A DNA stretch of 59,192 nt. Source: Chiloscyllium plagiosum (taxonomy: Eukaryota). A program made the position numbers and the translations under genes. The notes under the pieces were generated by a model, which did no database searches, was not told the DNA's origin, and was given only the letters and a program-made list of their open reading frames with translations. Below are positions 51,304-59,192 of the stretch, piece after piece. The stretch is from assembly GCF_004010195.1 (NCBI RefSeq), contig NC_057719.1:64541049-64600240 (forward strand), given 5' to 3'. How positions within the stretch are numbered: the first letter of the stretch is position 1; each line of letters opens with the position of its first letter.

Positions 51304-51945
51304 TGACAAGGTTAGGTTGTCCTTTTTTTTTAATCAGAGGAGTCATAAACATATCGCTTCCAATGTGTCTGGTTTGGATGCGTTTTAGGGCCAATTTGAT
51401 TATAGCTAATAGAAACTGCCTCAGGGAAAAGGTGTTCAAGTTAAAAAAATTCTTGTACAATGAAAGCGGGGGTGGTCAGTTCTCCCAACTCAGCTTTTTG
51501 TTTTGGTTTTAGCAGTCTTGCTGTTCAGAGCTGCTGGTCAGTTTAAGCTCGGGGAATAAAAAGAAACAGCTTCCTGGAAGAAGGTGTTTCATGCTGAATC
51601 TCTCTGCCATCTCTCTCTCTCCTGTAGGACTCTGTATTTGATTTTACCCTTTTTGCCAAGGGGTGTTTATGGGAATTGTTGCAGGACTTTGAAATAGCTT
51701 GTTTAAGTTGGAATAGTCTGTTGGATTTTCAGATTGTGTTCAGATTCTATATTCTGTTCTCTTCTGTTTGTGTTCTATTCAGTAATCCTGCAAATAACTT
51801 CTGTTTTGTTTAGAACTAAGTAATTGGGCAAGCTGCATCACTCCTTGGAATATCTTCTCTACACCTGCCGAAAACAACTAGCAAAGTCAGAGTCTGGGCT
51901 ACTTCCTTGAAATGTTTTGAGGGAGTCTGGTCTGGTCCGAAATAT
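51304..51945 (+). mobile_element. Probable solo LTR inserted in an L2/CR1-group 3' fragment
   Basis: About 640 bp non-coding block beginning TG, with T-rich tracts and a degenerate polyA-like signal. It splits a LINE tail that runs about 51050-51300 and resumes about 51950-52085. Terminal CA and TSD are not clear. Confidence 0.4.
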
Positions 51946-52659
51946 TAATAGCACTGTATACCTACAGCAGATGCATTGCAGCTCATCAAGAAGGCAACTC
52001 ACCAACACCTTCTCAAGGCCAACTACATTTGGGCAACAAAAACGAACTTTGCCAGCAATGCCCACATCCCATGAAATAACAAAATAACGAATCATATTGG
52101 CTAAATAGTATATATGTTTTAATTATATCCTGATTACAGCACTGAAAATGTAATCGATTCTATTTTGTAAAAGATGAAGTTAACAGTTACATCATAATGC
52201 AGAATGAATTTGGCCAATTTGAATTCCTAGTGTGATGTTGAAATTTCAGGACAGTCGGAATGGTTAGGAAGGCATTTCTTTCCATTAGTAGAGGAGTCAA
52301 CACCAGGAGGCATAGATTTAGAGTAAAATATGGACTAAGTAGACTGTTGATGAGAATCTTTTTCACTGAGGATGGTGAGAGTCTGGAACTCACTGCGTAA
52401 AAGAGTGCTTGCATTGGAAACACACGTGCATTTAAGACGCGATTCAATATTCATTTGTATTACACAGCTTCCTGGGCTATGGGCCTAGAGATAGAAAATG
52501 GGAATAAAGTAGTCAGACCTTTGCTAACCAGCATTGTCAGGTTGGACTGAATTGTTTCCTTCTGTGCTACAAGGGTCTATAAATCTATATGCAGACCAAA
52601 AGCAAATTGATGTTGCTGGTGATTCTCGAAGCTGGAAGATAACTCTGATGCAGTGAAAA

Positions 52660-53150
52660 TGGGTGGCACAGTGGCTTTGCTGCCTCATAGCACCAGGGAC
52701 CCAGGTTTGGATTCCAACTTTGAGTGGCAATGTGTATCGAGTTTGCATGTTTTCCCAACTTCTTCGTTGGTTTCCACCGGACGCTCAGGTTTCCTCTCAC
52801 AGTTCAAAGATGTATATGTTAGGTGGATTGGCCATGTTAAATTAAACAAAGTTAAAAATCACACAACACCAGGTTATAGTCCAACAGGTTTACTTGGAAG
52901 CACTACCTTTCGGAGCACTGCTTCTGTTGGACTATAACTTAGTGTTGTGTGATTTTTAACTTTGTACACCCCAGTCCAACACTGGCATCACCAAATCAAA
53001 ATTATCTGTAGTTCGGGGGAGCAGGCTAGGTGGATTGCCATAGTAAATGTGGGTTTACGGGAATAGGGTGAGGGTCTGGGTGAGATGCTCTTTGGAGGGT
53101 TTGTGCAGACTAGATGGGCTGCATGACCTCTCTGCTATGTCGGGACTCTA
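52660..53150 (+). mobile_element. HE1 SINE interrupted by a fold-back insertion
   Basis: ggtggcacagtgg...tgctgcctcatagcaccagggacccaggtt head; the body resumes after about 53000. Confidence 0.75.
52845..52998. mobile_element. Fold-back PLE-like 3'-end insertion (family C)
   Basis: 42-bp arms 52846-52887 and 52924-52965 (2 mismatches). The loop read on the minus strand is gaagcagtgctccGAAAggta (stem II plus GAAA remnant). Possible TSD aaatta. Confidence 0.65.
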
Positions 53151-53999
53151 TAAAAATCTGCTCTGCGAATTCCCATCCCTGAGAAAACATGTAGGTCAAA
53201 GATCATCTCCGTAATCTTTCTCTGATTTGGCAACTACCTCATGCTCTGTAAAAGCAGTTGTAACATCTTGGGTTTGCAGCTTGAGTATTCAAGATAAGCT
53301 CTGCTTACCAACAAACCATTCTGCTTTCATCACATTGTGACACATACGTCAGTAGTCTTCCTGTATGTGTAAATCTGTAGATTTTAAAAATAAAGCGAAC
53401 AGTCTTTTCTGACATTGCTTTCTGGTTAGAGTTTGAGATTGGATAAATTGATGAGAGGAACAAATTTTCAGCATGTCCAGGATCTGTGTTGGGCCTGAAT
53501 TACAGGATGTCAGCTTTTACTATTAATAAGAGTAACTAGTAAAGGAACAATGATGTCTCACTCAGAGGAATAACATAGCTGGCACTGAATGGAGTAGCAT
53601 CTCATTGCCAGATTTCTCTTGTATTTTACTTTGCTTTTTTGAAAGGATTGATTTCTTAATTATTACCAAAGGGGGCATTCTCAATGTGAAATCTGCACCC
53701 AGTCTTATATTAATCAGTAGTCTGCATGCAAGTATATTTATGCAAGTTTCACTAGTTGACAGGTATTAGGGGCAAGAATTATTGGTTTTTTGCCCATGGT
53801 AATTAAGGTCAAATGTAAGACCTGCATAAGTGTCCTGCTGAAAGTTCATCAGTGACACCAAGTAGAACCTGGAATCCTCTAGCTGAAAGTAAAACATACT
53901 CACAGTGGTGCATTTATATGTCAGGAACAGCACACATTAAGTTTTAATGCATTGGAAGTCATTGGATCAAATATTCTGGAACAGTTCTTGTGATTTAGA

Positions 54000-56450
54000 G
54001 GATAGCTAATTTAACCCCTCGATTTAAAGAAAAGGTGGTAAAGAGGAAACAGGAATTATAAACTGGTTGTCTTGAAATTGATAATGAGGAAAAGACTAGA
54101 ATCCATTATACATTATTTAATAAGTTGGCAAACAGTGACAAGATTAAACAGAGCCAGCATTTATGAAATTTATGAATTTATGAAAGGGAAATCATGCTTG
54201 ACAAATATAGTGGAATGTTTTGAGGATGTAACTAATAGCATTGATAAGGGGGAGCCAGTGGAATGGTTTACTTGGACTTCCCAGAGGTTTTCAATAAGAT
54301 TTCCCGTAAGAGATTAACATATAAAACTAAAGCATATGGGATTGTGGGTAGTGTGCAGACATTGATAGAGAACTGTTTGATTAGATTAGATTACTTACAG
54401 TGTGGAAACAGGCCCTTCGGCCCAACAAGTCCACACCGACCCGCCGAAGCGCACCCACCCAGACCCATTCCCCTACATTTACCCCTGCACCTAACACTAC
54501 AGGCAATTTAGCGTGGCCAATTCACCTGACCTGCACATTTTTGGAGTGTGGGAGGAAACCGGAGCACCCGGAGGAAACCCACGCAGACACGGGGAGAATG
54601 TGCAAACTCCACACAGTCGGTCGCCTGAGGCGGGAATTGAACCCGGATCTCTAGCGCTGTGAGGCAGCAGTGCTAACCACTGTGCCACCGTGCCGCCCAC
54701 GTTTGGCAGACAGAAAATAGAGGAGGAATAAATGTATCTTTTTCCAACTGGCAGCACGTGACTGGTGGGGTACCACAAGGATCAGTGCTTAGATCTCAGT
54801 TATTCATAATATTTATCAATGATTTGTATGAGAGAATGAAATATAATGTCTCCAGATTTACAGATAACACAAAGCTGTGGGGAGGGTGAACTGCGAGGAT
54901 GCAGAGATGCTTCAGTGTGATTTGGATAACTTGAGTGAATGGGCAAATGAATGGCAGATGAAGTATGTAATAATAAATATAGGTTATCTCCTTTGATTGC
55001 AAATATAGGAAGGCAGATTATTATTTGAATGGCGATGGATTGGGAAGGGAGAGTAGCAATTAGACATGGATACCTTTGTACAGTACTTGCTAAAAGTAAT
55101 GGAATATTGCATGCAATTCTAGTCACCTTCCTATCGGAAAAATGTTGTGAAATTTGAGCTTCAGGGAGAGGCTGAACAGGCTGAGGCTGTTTTCCCTGGA
55201 GCGTCGGAGGCTGAGGGATGACCGTATAGAGGTTTACAAAATTATGAGGGGCATGGATAGGATAAATAGACAAAGCCTTTTCCCTGAGATTGGGGAGTCT
55301 AGAACTAGAGGGCATAGGTTTAGGGTGAGAGGGGAAAGATATAAAAGAGACCTAAGGGGCAATGTTTTCACGCAGAGGGTGGTACGTGTGGGAATGAGCT
55401 GCCAGAGGATATGGTGGAGGCTAGTACAATTGCAACATTTAAGAGGCATTTGGATGGGTTTATGAATAGGAAGGGTTTGGAGGGATATAGGCCGGGTGCT
55501 GGCAGGTGGGACTAGATTGGGTTGGGATATCTGGTCGGCATGGACAGGTTGGACTGAAGTGTCTGTTTCCATGCTGTACATCTCTATGACTCTATGACTA
55601 TGTACAGCAGACAGCAAAAAAGGCAAATGGCATGTTGGCCTTCATATTGAAAGGATTTGAGTACAGGAGCAGGGGATTCTTGTGGCAAGTATACAGGGCC
55701 TTGATGAGACCACATCTGGAGTATTGTGAGTTTTGGTCTGCTTTTCTGAGAATGGATATTCTAGCGATGGAGGGAGAACAGCTACTGATGTACGAAGAAA
55801 GATTGGATCATTTAGGACTACAATCACCAAGGTTAGAAGAATGGGGAAGGATCTCATAGAAACTGATAAAATTCTAATAGGACTAAACACAAGAGGATGT
55901 TCCCAATGACTGGGGAGTTCAAAACCAGAGATCACCATCTAATGATACAGGTTGGACCACTTACAGGCCCTTTGGCACAAGTCCACACTGACCCACCACC
56001 CACACACATTCCCCTACACTAACACTGCGGGCAATTTAGCATGGCCAATTCACCTAACCTGCGCATTTTTGGACTGTGAGAGGAAACCCACGCAGAGAAT
56101 ATGCAAACTCCACACAGTCAGTTGCCTGAGGCGGGAATTGAACCCGGGTCCCTGGCACTGTGAGGCAGTAGTGCTAACCACTGTGCCACCGTGCCGCCCA
56201 CTTAGAACTGAGATGAAAAGATTTTTCTTCACCTGGAAAGTGTTGAACCTGTAGAATCCTCTGCTACAGAAAGTAGTTGAGGCCAAAACATTGAATGTTT
56301 TCAAGAATGAGTTAGATATAATTCTTGGGATTAAAGAGATGGGGAGAAAGCGGGAACAGGGTATTGAGTTGAATTATCAGCAATAATCATAGAGGATGGC
56401 AGAGCAGTCTCAAAGGGCCAAACGGCCTATTCCTCCTATTTTCTATGTTG
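54000..56450 (+). mobile_element. Old CR1 ORF2 fragment hosting three younger insertions
   Basis: FMKGKSCLTN, VYLDF, GVPQGSVL. Interrupted by HE1(-) about 54378-54700, a younger CR1 3' end about 55120-55600 and HE1(-) about 55952-56200. Confidence 0.85.
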
Positions 56451-57099
56451 TTACAACATTTTACAATGATACGGCAGCTCATTCATCTGGTGACAATGGT
56501 ATCAAGGACAATGGTCCTATGTACCTATTCCACTTTCTGAGGGTAGCATCAGATCTTCAGCTGTGACTTCTTTTTGTGGAGGGTGTTTACAACCACTGGA
56601 CATTGCTGCTGGTTCTGGGTTTGCTGGTGCTTTTGTTCCTCCTCAATTTGTTTGCCCTTTGTTGCATCATTGCCGCAGCGATGTTAACACCGAGAATGAT
56701 TGGAACCACTGGTCATTGTTATAATTTAGGGGTAGCACTGGTAGAGACTCAACAAGATTGGGATTTAATTGTTCCAGGAGAGGCACACCAAATAAGCCCT
56801 TTTCGAGCCTTTAGCCTGTTAAAACTTTGCACCATGTTAATGCCTACTGTGGTTGGATCCATTGGTCATAGTTTGAATGAATCTGTGTGGAAGAAAGCAG
56901 AAGAAGAACAGGTCCTTTAGAGTCAGCATTTGTGGCACACACAAGTGACAATTGTCCTTGATACAGTACAACATAGTAGACTTTGGTCACAACAGCTATG
57001 GTATGCCTGTACTTGGAATTTATTCTAATGTACGCAGCACAAATCATGTCATATGCATACAGTAAGAGATTGCAAGTGTGGTAGTTTTACAATGTCCCT

Positions 57100-57745
57100 A
57101 ATGATTTCATAAACCTCTATAAGGTCACCCTTGAAGCTCCTGTGCTCTATAGAAAAAAAGTCCGAGCCTCTCCTTATAACTCAAACCTTCCAGTCTTAGT
57201 AATATCCTAGCAAATCTTTCTTGTGCCCTTTCCAATTTAATAACATACTTCCTACAGCAGGGAGACCAGAATTGAATGCAGTACTCCAAATGTGGCCTTA
57301 CAATACCTTGTACAGCTGTAACATAATATCCCAACTTTTGTCCTCAATGTTTTGACCAATGAAGGTATGTGTGCTAACTGCCTTCTTTACCACCCTGTCT
57401 CCTTGTGACACCACTTTCAAGGAGGTATGTACCTGCACCCCTTGGTCTTTCTGTTTGACAAACTTCCCAGACGCTACCATTAACTGTGTAAGTCCTGCCC
57501 AGGTTTGTCGTAACAAATTGCAACACCCCGCATTTATCTGAAATAAATTCTATCTGTCATTCCTTGGTCCACTGGCTCAGTTGATCAAGATCTCATTGTA
57601 CTCTTAGATAACCTTCTTCACTATCCATATAGCATCAATATTGATGGAATCTGCAAATGTATCAACCATGTCTCATATACTCTCATCTAAATTGTTTATA
57701 TAAATGATGCACAACAGTGGACCCAGCACTGATCCTTGCAGTACA
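57100..57745 (-). mobile_element. CR1 fragment
   Basis: VRPHLEYCIQFWSP, LEGLSYKERLGLF. Confidence 0.82.
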
Positions 57746-58586
57746 CAAGTGTTTAAAAATGATTCATGGTTTACTTTGAAAATTCAAATATTGTGAGTGA
57801 TTTCTTTTTTTTATTTTACCTCATACATTCTATTACAAGAAATCACTGGACTGTTAAATTCTTGTCAAAGTCATGTCATGGGGATTTGCATTCTGAGAGA
57901 GAACATGGAGGGAAATATATATCACATGTATGAAAGGGTGAAAAGATAAACTCTGAATTAATTGAAGATCATTTTACATTGAAAGTAAATTTTTTTGCCT
58001 TGTCTGATGATGGATGTGACCAGTTTAAGGTTCCTCAATCATTTGTGAAAACATTAATTTTTAAAAAGAAAATCCAGTTGGCCAAGCTGTTAAAGTGTGC
58101 CAGCTAATGAAAGCAGATCACAGAAAATTTTTCATAGTCTTGTGAGCTATTTTTTTCTCAAGGTTTAAACACTTGGTTACTGTGAATCAATAGTGCACAA
58201 TTCTCTTTTGTAATATTAAGAATTTCCTCTTTAATTTTTGGCACCAGTGACAATGTGCTCTACTTATGTAGGATTAAATAAAATGTGCAACCAAAACAAT
58301 TTGGCTTAACTGGTCAATCCATGTTTTGAAATAATTTTGCATAATATATATATCATATCAATGATATCTTTTGTTTATGTTTCATAATTTTTGACAAATT
58401 CTGCTGAGCATTATCAATTTTCATTTGAGCTTTTTATGGCAAAGAGCAACAAATTTGTTCTCCACAACTCTCTCATGGGCAATTCGAAGTAGCACTGGTA
58501 GGGACTCAAACAGGATTGGGATTTAGTTGTTCCAGAACAGGAGCACCAAATAGGCCCTTCATGAAGCTTTAGCCTGTTAAAACATT

Positions 58587-59192
58587 GTTCTGGATTAGTG
58601 GTGCTGGAAGAGCACAGCAGTTCAGGCAGCATCCTAGGAGCTTCGAAATCGACGTTTCGGGCAAAAGCCCTTCATCAGGAATAAAGGCAATGAGTTTGAA
58701 GCATGGAGAGATAAGCTAGAGGAGGGTGGGGGTGGGGAGAAAGTAGCACAGAGTACAATGGGTAAGTGGGGGAGGGGATGAAGGTGATAGGTCAGGGAGG
58801 AGAGGGTGGAGTGGATAGGTGGAAAATGAGATATGCAGGTAGGACAAGTCCGGACAAGTCATGGGGACAGTGCTGAGCTGGAAGTTTGGAACTAGGATGA
58901 GGTGGGGGAAGGGGAAATGAGGAAACTGTTGAAGTCCACATTGATGCCTTGGGGTTGGAGTGTTCCAAGGCGGAAGATGAGGCATTCTTCCTCCAGGCAT
59001 CTGGTGGTGAGGGAACGGCGGTGAAGGAGGCCCAGGACCTCCATGTCCTCGGCAGAGTGGGAGGGGGAGTTGAAATGTTGGGCCACGGGGCGGTGTGGTT
59101 GATTGGTGTGGGTGTCCCGGAGATGTTTCCTAAAGCGCTCTGCTAGGAGGCGCCCAGTCTCCCCAATGTAGAAGAGACCGCATCAGGAGCAA
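58587..59192 (-). mobile_element. Penelope-like element 3' end: GIY-YIG C-terminus, 3' repeat and hammerhead core (runs off window)
   Basis: Minus ORF AQHFNSPSHSAEDMEVLGLL...LEEECLIFRLGTLQPQGINVDF; further downstream attcCTGATGAaGGGCttttGCCCGAAAcGTCga (core at 58672-58678). Confidence 0.87.

Noticed and set aside
56576..56920. 114-aa hydrophobic ORF
   Set aside because: GTG start, T-rich composition, no recognisable family; the duplicated part has an indel and a stop in the second copy.

Overview
AT-rich, repeat-dense vertebrate genomic DNA, almost certainly from a cartilaginous fish (HE1-type V-SINEs, abundant CR1 LINEs, Penelope-like elements; probably a shark, which is inference). The only host gene is the orphan class A GPCR GPR176 on the + strand. 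Coding exon 2 is 13954-14206 (253 nt) and the last coding exon is 40732-41842, separated by a 26.5 kb intron. Exon 1 lies upstream of the window, and a long AT-rich 3' UTR may run to about 47.6 kb. The rest is layered mobile DNA: CR1 LINEs (two with an SGNH-esterase ORF1 remnant), an L2/CR1-group LINE, a Tx1-like fragment, SINEs, a Tigger-like MITE, a probable solo LTR and two PIF/Harbinger relics. The most striking signal is a set of short Penelope-like element (PLE) 3' ends from at least three families. They carry minimal hammerhead-ribozyme cores (CTGANGA-A-stem II-GAAA-CGTC), often start almost exactly at the core, and are repeatedly inserted as fold-back hairpins with target-site duplications. 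One copy with an intact core lies in sense orientation in the putative GPR176 3' UTR. There is one assembly gap (18350-18461). Repeat boundaries were read by eye and are approximate unless a TSD is given.
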